Source of the DNA: Myxococcota bacterium
Lineage (GTDB): Bacteria; Myxococcota_A; UBA9160; SZUA-336
DNA: 64,000 nt
Direction: 5' to 3'
NCBI GenBank assembly: GCA_040902485.1
Contig: JBBDXF010000038.1
Location: 229,134 to 293,133, forward strand
Below are positions 8,789-17,365 of this stretch, piece by piece. A program made the position numbers and the translations under genes. Under the pieces are notes generated by a model. It had not been told where the DNA came from. It saw only the letters and a list, made by a program, of their open reading frames with translations, and did not search any database. Position 1 is the stretch's first letter; each line of letters begins with the position of its first letter.

Positions 8789-10450
8789 ATGCCCGAGCTC
8801 GATCTCTGCATCCGCAACGCGCGCATCGTGGACGGCACCGGGCGCCCGGCCTTCGCCGGCGACGTCGGCATCGCGGGCGACCGCATCGCAGTGCTGGGAC
8901 GCGTCGACGCCGGGGCGGCGCGCGTGATCGACGCGCGCGGGCTGGTGCTCGCGCCGGGCTTCATCGACATCCACACCCACTACGACCCGCAGATCTGCTG
9001 GGACCGGCTCGCGACGCCCTCGATCGAGCACGGCGTCACGACCGTGGTGATGGGCAACTGCTCGCTCACGCTCGCGCCCGTGAAGCCGGGCCAGTCGCAC
9101 AAGCTCGTGTCGATGTTCTCGCGCATCGAGGACATCAAGGAGCCGACCTTCGCGGCGGGGGTGCCGTTCACCTGGGAGAGCTTCGGCGAGTACCTCGACC
9201 ACATCCGCGCGGGGCTGGGCCTGAACATCGGCGCGCTGGTCGGCCACTCGGCGCTGCGCTGGTACGTGATGGGCGCCGACTCGCAGGAGCGCGTCGCGAC
9301 CGACGCCGAGATCGCGCAGATGTGCCGGCTCCTCGAAGAGGCGATGGCCGCTGGCGCGATCGGGCTCTCGACCTCGTACGTCGACATCGACGAGAACATG
9401 AAGCCGGTGCCGAGCCGCTTCGCCGACATGCGCGAGAAGATCGCGCTGTGCCAGGCGATGGCGAAGAGCGGCCGCGGCGTGCTGCAGACGGTGCCCTACT
9501 TCATCGACATCGCGGAGCAGCTCGAGAACATCGCCGAGCTCGGCGAGCTCTCGCGCGCGTCGGGCGTGCTGTGCTCGCTCGCGCCGATCGTGTCGAGCCC
9601 GCTCGGCGGCGATGGCTGGCGGCGCTCGCTCGCGGCGCTGGAGGCCGAGCGCGCGAAGGGCGGCCGCGTCTACGCGCAGTCGATGCCGCGCACCTTCGAT
9701 CTGAACATCCGGCTGTCCGAGACGAGCTTCCTGTTGTTCGGCCTGCCGACCTGGAACCGCTTCATGAGTCTTCCGCTGCCCGAGCGTGTGAAGGCGTTCG
9801 GCGACCCGGCGAACCGCGCGCAGCTGGTGCAGGAGGGCATGCTGATCGCGCCGCTCCTGCTGGCGTCGTCGGTCGGCGAGGTGTTCTCGCCGGCGAACCA
9901 GCCGTTCGCGGGCCGCTCGCTGCTGCAGATCGCGGGCGAACGGAAGCACAGCCTGCCCGAGGTCATGCTCGACCTCGCGCTCGCCGACGGGTTGCGCACC
10001 GAGTTCTGCATCCGCGGCGCGATCCACGCGGACGTCGAGTCGGTGTCCGAGATCCTCTCCCACCCGCTCGTGCACGTGGGCGCCTCCGACGCCGGCGCGC
10101 ACATCGCGCAGTTCTGCGGCGCGGGCGACACCTGCTACCTGATCGAGCGCTTCGTGCGCGAGCACAAGAAGATGAGCCTGGAGCGCGCGGTCGAGCGGCT
10201 CACCGGCGAGCTCGCGCGCGACTGGGGCATCGCCGAGCGCGGCGTGATCGCGGAAGGCAAGTTCGCCGATCTCGTGCTGTTCGATCCGGAAACGATCGCG
10301 CGCGGACCCGAGGTGTTCGTGGGCGACGTGCCCGGCGACGGCAACCGCTACCTGCGCAGCGCCAAGGGCATCGAGGCCGTGATCGTGAACGGCGCGCTCA
10401 CGTTGGAGCGTGGCACCTACACCGCGGAGCGCGCGGGCCGGATCGTGTGA
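8789..10450 (+). CDS. N-acyl-D-amino-acid deacylase (D-aminoacylase) family amidohydrolase
   Basis: MPELDLCIRNARIVDGTGRPAFAGDVGIAGDRIAVLG...APGFIDIHTHYD is diagnostic of D-aminoacylase/amidohydrolase_3. A GAGGAG RBS lies 6 nt upstream. The gene starts 19 bp after the AraC stop. Confidence 0.85.
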   Translation: MPELDLCIRNARIVDGTGRPAFAGDVGIAGDRIAVLGRVDAGAARVIDARGLVLAPGFIDIHTHYDPQICWDRLATPSIEHGVTTVVMGNCSLTLAPVKPGQSHKLVSMFSRIEDIKEPTFAAGVPFTWESFGEYLDHIRAGLGLNIGALVGHSALRWYVMGADSQERVATDAEIAQMCRLLEEAMAAGAIGLSTSYVDIDENMKPVPSRFADMREKIALCQAMAKSGRGVLQTVPYFIDIAEQLENIAELGELSRASGVLCSLAPIVSSPLGGDGWRRSLAALEAERAKGGRVYAQSMPRTFDLNIRLSETSFLLFGLPTWNRFMSLPLPERVKAFGDPANRAQLVQEGMLIAPLLLASSVGEVFSPANQPFAGRSLLQIAGERKHSLPEVMLDLALADGLRTEFCIRGAIHADVESVSEILSHPLVHVGASDAGAHIAQFCGAGDTCYLIERFVREHKKMSLERAVERLTGELARDWGIAERGVIAEGKFADLVLFDPETIARGPEVFVGDVPGDGNRYLRSAKGIEAVIVNGALTLERGTYTAERAGRIV

Positions 10451-10455
10451 GCGGG

Positions 10456-11244
10456 ATGCGCGCGCGCCAGCTCGCCCCGATCCTGGTCCTGCTCCTCGCG
10501 GCCTGCAACGGTCCGCTGCCGTTCCTCGCCGGAGGAAAACTCACCGGCGAGAGCGCGTCCGCGCCGACCGACTGGTCGTTCGCGGGGGACTCCGGGACCG
10601 CGCAGCTCGAGACCCGGCCCGAGGATCCGTATTCGGTGAACCTCGTCTACACCGTCGTCGACGGCCAGCTCTACATCAACGCCGGCGACACCGAGACGAA
10701 CTGGGTGAAGCACATCGCGGCGAACCCCGACATGCGGCTGCGCATCGACGGAACGGTCTACGACCTGCGCGCGGTGCGAGTCACGGACACCGCCGAGATC
10801 GCGTCGTTCGCCGCGGCGTGGACGAGTCAGTCGATGTTCCGCCGCGATCCCGCGAAGCTCGACCCCGTCTGGATCTACCGGCTGGTCGCGCGTCAGCGCG
10901 CGGCCTCGTCGAGCTGGCGGCTGGTCTCGAGCAGGAGCTCGGTCATCGAGATGTCGAGCCTGGGCTCGGGGAGCAACGCGTTCGCGTCGAAGCGGAAGCG
11001 GCCGCGGGTGGCGCCGACCAGCACGACCGCGGCCGCAAGGCCGTCGGCCTTCTCGGTCCGGGCGTGCAGCGGCTGGCCGTCGCCGAGCCAGACGCGTGCC
11101 GGGCCCTGCTCGGTCTCGACCTCGAGCAGGCCGGACTTGCGGCCCATCTCGAGCATCTGCAGCACCACGAAGACCGGCATCTCGGCCAGCTCGCCGCTGA
11201 ACGCGTCGCCCGCGCCCTGCTTCGCGAACAGCACGGTCTCCTGA
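10456..11244 (+). CDS. lipoprotein with a DUF385/PNPOx-like (deazaflavin-nitroreductase-like) domain; the functional protein probably ends near 10890
   Basis: Lipobox LLLAACNG. Domain ...NLVYTVVDGQLYINAGDTETNWVKHIAANPDMRLRIDGTVYDLRAVRVTD.... No in-frame stop occurs until 11244, so the ORF tail is antisense to the convergent FHA gene and looks non-protein-like. Confidence 0.55.
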   Translation: MRARQLAPILVLLLAACNGPLPFLAGGKLTGESASAPTDWSFAGDSGTAQLETRPEDPYSVNLVYTVVDGQLYINAGDTETNWVKHIAANPDMRLRIDGTVYDLRAVRVTDTAEIASFAAAWTSQSMFRRDPAKLDPVWIYRLVARQRAASSSWRLVSSRSSVIEMSSLGSGSNAFASKRKRPRVAPTSTTAAARPSAFSVRACSGWPSPSQTRAGPCSVSTSSRPDLRPISSICSTTKTGISASSPLNASPAPCFANSTVS

Positions 11245-11576
11245 CCGTCGGGATCGGACAAGAGCGCCTCGAGCGACGCACGCGCGATGCAGAAGGTGAT
11301 CGCCGCCGAGCCCACGCCGATCCGGTCGCCCGGCTCGAGCGCGCGCGGGCCACCGATCAGCTCGCCGTTCACGAACGTGCCGTTCCGGCTCGACAGGTCC
11401 CGCACCAGGTACAGGCCGTCGTCCGTGTACACCTCGGCGTGTCGGCGCGAGGCGTCGTCCGTGGCGACCGGGAAGTCGCAGTCGCGGCCGCGCCCGATCG
11501 CGACACGCCCGCCAGCGGGGATCTCGACGGGGGCGAACGGCGGGCAGAAGAGCAGCGCTTTGCGGTCGGCGGGCAT
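10893..11576 (-). CDS. FHA domain protein with C-terminal DUF4388-like domain
   Basis: FHA signature RVAIGRGRDCDFPVATDDASRRHAEVYTDDGLYLVRDLSSRNGTFVNG...GDRIGVG. C-terminal segment LAEMPVFVVLQMLEMGRKSGLLEV is typical of DUF4388. Confidence 0.85.
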   Translation of the reverse strand: MPADRKALLFCPPFAPVEIPAGGRVAIGRGRDCDFPVATDDASRRHAEVYTDDGLYLVRDLSSRNGTFVNGELIGGPRALEPGDRIGVGSAAITFCIARASLEALLSDPDGQETVLFAKQGAGDAFSGELAEMPVFVVLQMLEMGRKSGLLEVETEQGPARVWLGDGQPLHARTEKADGLAAAVVLVGATRGRFRFDANALLPEPRLDISMTELLLETSRQLDEAAR

Positions 11577-11622
11577 CGCCTTCGACTCGGCAGCGCGCGC
11601 TGCCCCCTTGAGCCGCGCGGGC

Positions 11623-13572
11623 TCACTTCGCGTCGGCGGTCCTCTCGGTCGCGCCGAGCCCCTCCATGAACGCGGCCTGCACCTGCGGCATGTACATGTT
11701 CCCGAGGTGCCCGCCGCCCGGGAACACGGTGATGCGGCCAGCGAAGACGCTCTCGAGCCAGCCGAGGTCGCTCGGCTGCAGGATGAAGTCGTCCTTGTTC
11801 GTGAACACCGCGATGCGCTCGTCTTCGCGCAGCCCGGCTTCCTGGCTGTACAGGTCGGCGGCGTCGAACAGCTGCGCGGTCGTGCGGGCGCCGCCCTCCT
11901 TCTCGACGAAGTATGGGATCGCCAGCTCGTCCATGTAGCGCTTCAGGGTATTGCTCTCGACCTCGACCGCGAACGGTCCGTGGAAGCCGCCGGCCGACCC
12001 GCCGGGAATCTCGCTGAGCGTCTTGCCGCCGCGCTCGCTGCTGGCGGCGATCGCCTGCATCGTCATCGCGCGCGAGGACAGGCCGATCAGGAACTCGGAG
12101 CCGTCGCGCGTGAACGGCAGTGTCTTGTACTTGCGGATCAGATCCTCGTCCTCGCCCTGCGCGAGCACGTAGGCCTTCTTGACCGTCTCGGTGGCCAGGT
12201 CGCGGCGCTGCGCATCAGGCCACTCGCGCGGCGCGTCGAAGTAGCTGTCGAACAGACCCGAGGCGTAGCCGAGGTTCACCGCGGGATTGATCGCGACGAT
12301 GCGCTCGAAGTGCAGCGCGCCCGGGGCCGTGTTCTTGCGCTCGAGCTGCGAGATGAACAGCGTCGCGATGCCGCCCAGCGAGTAGCCCATCAGCGACGAC
12401 GACGTGACCTTGCCGGGGTGGTTCGCCTCGATGTTGCCACGCATCTCGCCGAGCGCGCGGTACAGATCCTCGGCGTCGCTCGGCGTGTAGCCGGGATAGG
12501 TGGCGGAGAGCCCGCTCAGGATGAACTCGGGATTGAACGGGCTGCTCACGATCGCCGCCGAGTAGCCGCGCTGCCAGGCGGACTCCGCGAGCTTCACGGC
12601 GTTGGTGGTCGAGCGGTGCGAGCCGATGCCCGGAATGATGAACACGAGCGGCGCCGGCTTCTCCTGCATCCAGAGCGAGTACGGCACCGGCTTGCCCGTG
12701 GCTTGCGACGGCGCCTCGCCGCGCGCGTGCAGCGAGGGGAAGTTCGGATCGTCGAGCTTGGTCAGCATCACGCCGAGCGACGGATTCGGGTCGGCGTCGG
12801 TCCAGGCGATCTCCGGAATCTGATAGTCGCTGACCGCGATGTCGCGGTTGATCGCCCAGAGCGTGCGGACCGGCAGGTACAGGTCCATGCCGCTCTCGGT
12901 CATCATGTCGTAGGTGTTGATGCGCGAGCTGAAGCCGTTGACGGTGAACACGACGAACGGGATGCCGTAGGTCGCGACCCAGGTCGCCGGCGAGAGCGCG
13001 ACGTCGAACACCTTGCCCACGGTGTCGCGGCCGCTGCTCGGGCCGAGCATGGGGATGAAGAAGTAGAAGCCCGGCCCGATGCCCCACTTGCCGAACGCCT
13101 GGCCGACGTCCTCCTTGTAGGTCGGCACGCCGAGCGGCTTGGCGACGTCGAAGAAGCCCGCGACCCCGGCGGTGGTGTTGACCAGGAAGTTCCCCGTCTC
13201 GGTCCCCGCCTTGATCACCTCGCCCTGCAACAGCAGGCTCACGAAGCGGTCCGGGAAGTTCAAGTTGTAGGCGAAGTTGTCGATGCTCGTCCGCACCGCC
13301 CTGGGGAACACGGCGCGCCAGCCGAGCGCGACGGGCCGCACGCCGTAGTCGATCACGCCCTTGGTCGCGTGGTAGCTGCCGCGGTTGACCGGCTCGATCG
13401 GATCGTTCACGTACTGCACCAGCTCGTAGCTCTCGCCGGTGGTCTGGCGCCGGTGCTCCGACACGCCCATGACCGAGACCGTGTGCGGGCGCGCGTTGGA
13501 GTCGGGCGAAGCGCAACCGAACTGCAGCGAGCTCGCGATCGCCAACCCGATCGCGAGGAGTGTCCTGGGCAT
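11623..13572 (-). CDS. lipoprotein fusion: MlaA/VacJ-like domain plus alpha/beta-hydrolase (GxSxG) domain
   Basis: Lipobox LQFGCAS. N-terminal DPIEPVNRGSYHATKGVIDYGVRPVALGWRAV...NFAYNLNFPDRFVSLLLQG...NTTAGVAGFFDVA matches the MlaA/VacJ family. The C-terminal half contains GYSLGG nucleophile-elbow and alpha/beta-hydrolase-like segments. Confidence 0.8.
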   Translation of the reverse strand: MPRTLLAIGLAIASSLQFGCASPDSNARPHTVSVMGVSEHRRQTTGESYELVQYVNDPIEPVNRGSYHATKGVIDYGVRPVALGWRAVFPRAVRTSIDNFAYNLNFPDRFVSLLLQGEVIKAGTETGNFLVNTTAGVAGFFDVAKPLGVPTYKEDVGQAFGKWGIGPGFYFFIPMLGPSSGRDTVGKVFDVALSPATWVATYGIPFVVFTVNGFSSRINTYDMMTESGMDLYLPVRTLWAINRDIAVSDYQIPEIAWTDADPNPSLGVMLTKLDDPNFPSLHARGEAPSQATGKPVPYSLWMQEKPAPLVFIIPGIGSHRSTTNAVKLAESAWQRGYSAAIVSSPFNPEFILSGLSATYPGYTPSDAEDLYRALGEMRGNIEANHPGKVTSSSLMGYSLGGIATLFISQLERKNTAPGALHFERIVAINPAVNLGYASGLFDSYFDAPREWPDAQRRDLATETVKKAYVLAQGEDEDLIRKYKTLPFTRDGSEFLIGLSSRAMTMQAIAASSERGGKTLSEIPGGSAGGFHGPFAVEVESNTLKRYMDELAIPYFVEKEGGARTTAQLFDAADLYSQEAGLREDERIAVFTNKDDFILQPSDLGWLESVFAGRITVFPGGGHLGNMYMPQVQAAFMEGLGATERTADAK

Positions 13573-13607
13573 CGTGCGTGTCTCCTGGGCCGTTCGAGTC
13601 TTTGAAT

Positions 13608-13684
13608 TGGCGCGCCCGGCTGGACTCGAACCAGCGACCTGCGGATTAGAAGTCCGCTGCTCTATCCAGCTGAGCTACGGGCGC
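13608..13684 (-). tRNA. tRNA-Arg (anticodon TCT)
   Basis: The reverse complement folds as a cloverleaf: GCGCCCG/TA/GCTC-AGCTGGATA-GAGC/A/GCGGA-CTTCTAA-TCCGC/AGGTC/GCTGG-TTCGAGT-CCAGC/CGGGCGC-G-CCA. The anticodon loop CTTCTAA gives anticodon TCT. CCA is encoded. Confidence 0.9.
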
Positions 13685-13702
13685 ACGGGCGCCGAGAGTA
13701 GC

Positions 13703-15013
13703 CTAATTCGGGGCCGCGATCGGGCACGGGCTCTCCGGAAAGCAGTCGTCTCCGCGCCACTCCGCGAAGCCCGCGTAGGCGCGGATCTCGCTCGCGTCGA
13801 ACAGCCAATCGGCGTGCGCGAGGAGCCCCGGCGTGAGCACCAGCGCGCTGCGCCCGCGCACGACGACCGCCGGCGGGCCGGCGAGCTTCGCGTTCGCGGC
13901 GACCCCGTCCGCGATCGTGCGATAGGCCGAGGCAAACGCCTGCGCGGCGTCGGCGGAGTCCCAGCGCGTGAGCCAGACCAGCTCCCAGCTCTCGCCGCAG
14001 TCGAGCTGCGCGAAGCGGTCGCCGCGCCACGCGCGCAGCAGCGCGTCGCCGTCCGCCGCGGCGCCGTACTCGTCGAACAGCACTTGCAGCGTGAGCGCGC
14101 CCGCGACGTTGTCGTCGCCGGCCCGGCAGGAGGCGCCGCGAGCGAGGCGCGCGACCAGCTCCGCCACCGGCAGGCGCACGAACTCGACGGGATCGCCGTC
14201 CTCGGGGAACAGCACGCGGAGCGTCGAGAGCGGCGGCTCGCGCAGGCTCGCGTCGAGCCCCGCGCTGCCGTCGCGCGCGAAGCTCCGCGCCGCGAGCGGC
14301 GTGCCGTGCGCGTACGGAAAGATCAGCGACTCGCGCAGCAGCCGCGGCGCCTTGGCGAACGCGCCGCCTTCGCGCTCGAGCTCGCCGAGCATGCTGTCGC
14401 GCACGAAGGCGGCCGTCTCCTCGTTGCGCGCGTCGGCGCCGTCCACGTCCGCGCGCACGCCGAGCATGGTGAAGGTCGCGTCGCCCTCGAGCGCCGAGGA
14501 GAGCGCGCCGACCACGTCGTCCTGGCGGCGCAGACCGGTGAGCAGCGCGAGCGACTCCGGAAAGTGTTGGTGCTGGAGCGCGTGCACGAGCTCGTGCACG
14601 ACGATCAGCGACTGGCCGGCGTCGGCGCCCGACGCGTCGTCGCGCAGCGAGTCGAGCACGTAGAGCGTGTTGCGGCGCGGGCTGTACATGCCCGCGATCG
14701 CCTGCGACTGCAGCTCGAGCATGGTCTCGAGCAGGTCGAGCCCGGCCGGGAACACGCCGAGCGCCGCGTACGCGTCGCGGTAGCGCCGCGCGGACTCGGG
14801 TGTGTACACGCCCGCGAGCTCCTCGCGGATCACGTCCTTCACCTCGGCCTCGCCGAACCACTCGAGCCGCACCGGCGCCTGGAAGGCGAGGCCGCGCAGC
14901 GCGCTCGCCTGCGTGCGCCAGGCCGCGAGCCGCGGATCCTCGCGGCGCGCGAAGAAGGCAGGCGACGCCGCGCCCGCGGCCAGGACGAGCACAAGCCACC
15001 ACAGCCGGCGCAT
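13703..15013 (-). CDS. secreted putative zinc metallopeptidase (HEXXH)
   Basis: Signal peptide MRRLWWLVLVLAAGAASPA. HELVHALQHQH zincin-like motif. No closer family assignment is possible from sequence alone. Confidence 0.6.
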   Translation of the reverse strand: MRRLWWLVLVLAAGAASPAFFARREDPRLAAWRTQASALRGLAFQAPVRLEWFGEAEVKDVIREELAGVYTPESARRYRDAYAALGVFPAGLDLLETMLELQSQAIAGMYSPRRNTLYVLDSLRDDASGADAGQSLIVVHELVHALQHQHFPESLALLTGLRRQDDVVGALSSALEGDATFTMLGVRADVDGADARNEETAAFVRDSMLGELEREGGAFAKAPRLLRESLIFPYAHGTPLAARSFARDGSAGLDASLREPPLSTLRVLFPEDGDPVEFVRLPVAELVARLARGASCRAGDDNVAGALTLQVLFDEYGAAADGDALLRAWRGDRFAQLDCGESWELVWLTRWDSADAAQAFASAYRTIADGVAANAKLAGPPAVVVRGRSALVLTPGLLAHADWLFDASEIRAYAGFAEWRGDDCFPESPCPIAAPN

Positions 15014-15019
15014 CCGGGC

Positions 15020-16669
15020 CTACAGACCCCAGCCGCTGCGGTGGACGATCGGGATGCGCCGGCCGCTGCCGTACGCCTTCTGCGAGACCTTGAGCACGAC
15101 CGGCGCCTGCCGGCGCTTGTACTCGTTGCGGTCGATCTGGCGCAGGATCCAGGCCACGGTCTCGCGCGTCGCGCCGCGCGGCGCCTCGATCTCGTCGCCG
15201 GGCAGCCCCAGCTCGATCGCCTGGTGCAGCACCTCGTCGAGCACCGGGTACGGCGGCAGCGCATCCTCGTCGCGCTGATCGGGCGCGAGCTCGGCGGACG
15301 GCGGCTTCTCGATCGAGCCGATCGGAATGCGCGGGCCGTCGCGGTTCGAGTGGCGCGCGAGCGCATACACGTCGCGCTTCAGCACGTCGCCGATCACCGC
15401 CAGGCCGCCGACCAGGTCGCCGTACAGGGTGGTGTAGCCGACCGACAGCTCGCTCTTGTTGCCGGTCGCGAGGACGATCCGGTTCTCGAAGTTCGACACC
15501 GCCATCAAGAGCGCCCCGCGAATGCGCGCCTGGATGTTCTCCTGCGTGAGCCCGTAGCTCTCGCGCGCTCCGAACAGGCTCCGGAACTGCTCGAGGTAGT
15601 CCTTGTACAGCGTGTCGATGCGCACGGTGCGCGTCTCGACGCCGAGCGCGCGCGCGAGCGCTTCCGCGTCCGTGATGCTGTGCTCGGACGAGAACGGACC
15701 GGGCATCAGCACGCCGAGCACGTTCTCGGCGCCGAGCGCGCGCGCGGCGAGATGCGCGGTGACGGCGGAGTCGATCCCGCCCGAGAGGCCGATCACGGCC
15801 TGCTCCATACCGAGCTTGCCCAGGTAGTCGCGAATGCCGAGCACCAGCGCGCGCTCGAGCAGCTCGACGTCGGGCTCGAGCGCGGGCGCCTCGGCCTGGC
15901 CTGTCGCGAACGGATCGACCACCGCGAAGTCCTCGGCGAAGCGCGCGAGCCGCGTGGTGACGCGCGCGTCCGCGTCGACGCAGAAGCTCGTGCCGTCGAA
16001 GATCAGCTCGTCGTTGCCGCCCACCAGGTTCACGAACACGAACGGCACGCGGTGGCGGCGCGCGGCGTCGCGCACCATCGCCTCGCGCAGGCTCATCTTG
16101 CCCTGGTTCCAGGGCGAGGCGGAGATCGCGAGGATCACCTCGGCGCCCCTCCCGACCAGCTCCTCGATCGGATCGATCGGGTACGGCCGGCGCGGGCCCC
16201 AGAACCTCCCGCTCCACAGGTCCTCGCAGATCGCGATGCCGATCGCGCGCTCGCGGAAGCGGAACACGCGCCGCTCGCTCGCGGGCTGGAAGTAGCGCGA
16301 CTCGTCGAAGATGTCGTAGGTGGGAAGGAGGGTCTTCGCCTGCACGTGCACGATCTCGCCGCGGTCGAGCAGCACGGCGGAGTTCGAGATGCGCTTGGGA
16401 CCCCCGTCGGGCGCGGGCAGGATCGCGCCGGTCAGGATCGCGATGTCGCGCGACTCGGGCACGAGCTCCTCGAGCGCGCGCGTGTGGTCGCGCAGGAAGC
16501 TCGGGCGCTCCAGCAGGTCGCCGGGCGGATAGCCGGAGATGCCGAGCTCGGGGAGGATCAACAAGTCGGCGCGCTGGGTGCGTGCGCGGACGAGGGCTGC
16601 GCGGATCTTGCGGAGGTTTCCGGTGAAGTCGCCGATCGTGAGGTTCAGCTGCGCTAGCGCGATTCGCAT
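15020..16669 (-). CDS. nadE: glutamine-dependent NAD+ synthetase (nitrilase domain plus NAD synthetase domain)
   Basis: MRIALAQLNLTIGDFTGNLRKI... N-terminal CN-hydrolase domain. C-terminal LSGGIDSAV PP-loop ATPase motif. Full length ~550 aa. Confidence 0.9.
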   Translation of the reverse strand: MRIALAQLNLTIGDFTGNLRKIRAALVRARTQRADLLILPELGISGYPPGDLLERPSFLRDHTRALEELVPESRDIAILTGAILPAPDGGPKRISNSAVLLDRGEIVHVQAKTLLPTYDIFDESRYFQPASERRVFRFRERAIGIAICEDLWSGRFWGPRRPYPIDPIEELVGRGAEVILAISASPWNQGKMSLREAMVRDAARRHRVPFVFVNLVGGNDELIFDGTSFCVDADARVTTRLARFAEDFAVVDPFATGQAEAPALEPDVELLERALVLGIRDYLGKLGMEQAVIGLSGGIDSAVTAHLAARALGAENVLGVLMPGPFSSEHSITDAEALARALGVETRTVRIDTLYKDYLEQFRSLFGARESYGLTQENIQARIRGALLMAVSNFENRIVLATGNKSELSVGYTTLYGDLVGGLAVIGDVLKRDVYALARHSNRDGPRIPIGSIEKPPSAELAPDQRDEDALPPYPVLDEVLHQAIELGLPGDEIEAPRGATRETVAWILRQIDRNEYKRRQAPVVLKVSQKAYGSGRRIPIVHRSGWGL

Positions 16670-16877
16670 CGGTTTCCGCAGGGTAGCGGAGCGGCGATCC
16701 CGGAGCGCGGATCCAAGACAGGCGATGGACCCCGCGCTCCTCTGCGCGAGGTGGTGGCGGAGGGTCTTGCAAGCGAGCGCTTCGCGCTCGCGCGCAGCGA
16801 GGCGGAGCCGAGCGGAGTGCGGGTGGCGCGCGGCCGTCCGCGCGCCGGGTCCCGCTAAGACTCCCGCCCGGGTCCCG

Positions 16878-17312
16878 TCAGTAAGAGCCGCCGATGTACT
16901 TGCGTAGGGACTCGACGTCTTCGGAGCGCTCTTCGAGCTCGCCGAAGATGAGGTCGCGGATGGAGAGCATGTCGACCACGGCGCCGTGCAGGACGACGGG
17001 CAGGTGGCGGCAGCCGACGGCGTCCATCTTGCGCACGGCGAGCGCACGCTCGTCGCTGGGCGCGGCGGTGAGCGGGTTCGGCGTCATGACTTCGCCGATC
17101 TCGGTTTTCTCGGGCGCGCGGTTCACCCAGACGACGCGGCGTACGACGTCGCGCTCGCTGAAGATGCCGACCAGACGTCCGTCCTGGACGACCGGCACGG
17201 CGCCGATCTTGCGCGAGGACATGATCGCGACCGCCTCGGCGACGGTCTGGTGCGGGCTCACGATGTGCACCACCGGTGAGCGCTTCTGTAGGAGCTGAGC
17301 GATCAGGCCCAT
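16878..17312 (-). CDS. CBS-domain pair protein
   Basis: MGLIAQLLQKRSPVVHIVSPHQTVAEAVAIMSSRKIGAVPVVQDGRLVGIFSERDVVRRV... contains two CBS motifs. GAGGAGG RBS upstream. Confidence 0.8.
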   Translation of the reverse strand: MGLIAQLLQKRSPVVHIVSPHQTVAEAVAIMSSRKIGAVPVVQDGRLVGIFSERDVVRRVVWVNRAPEKTEIGEVMTPNPLTAAPSDERALAVRKMDAVGCRHLPVVLHGAVVDMLSIRDLIFGELEERSEDVESLRKYIGGSY

Positions 17313-17365
17313 GGGCAGCCTCCTCTTCGAGCTCGCCCCTAGTCTCCCCCGAGTCGCGCGAAACT

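Noticed and set aside
16670-16877. The palindromic element GCGAGCGC-ttc-GCGCTCGC and repeated GGGTCCCG motifs between nadE and the CBS gene.
   Set aside because: It could be a terminator or attenuator, but it lacks a U-tract and the spacing gives no clear functional assignment, so it was not called as a feature.
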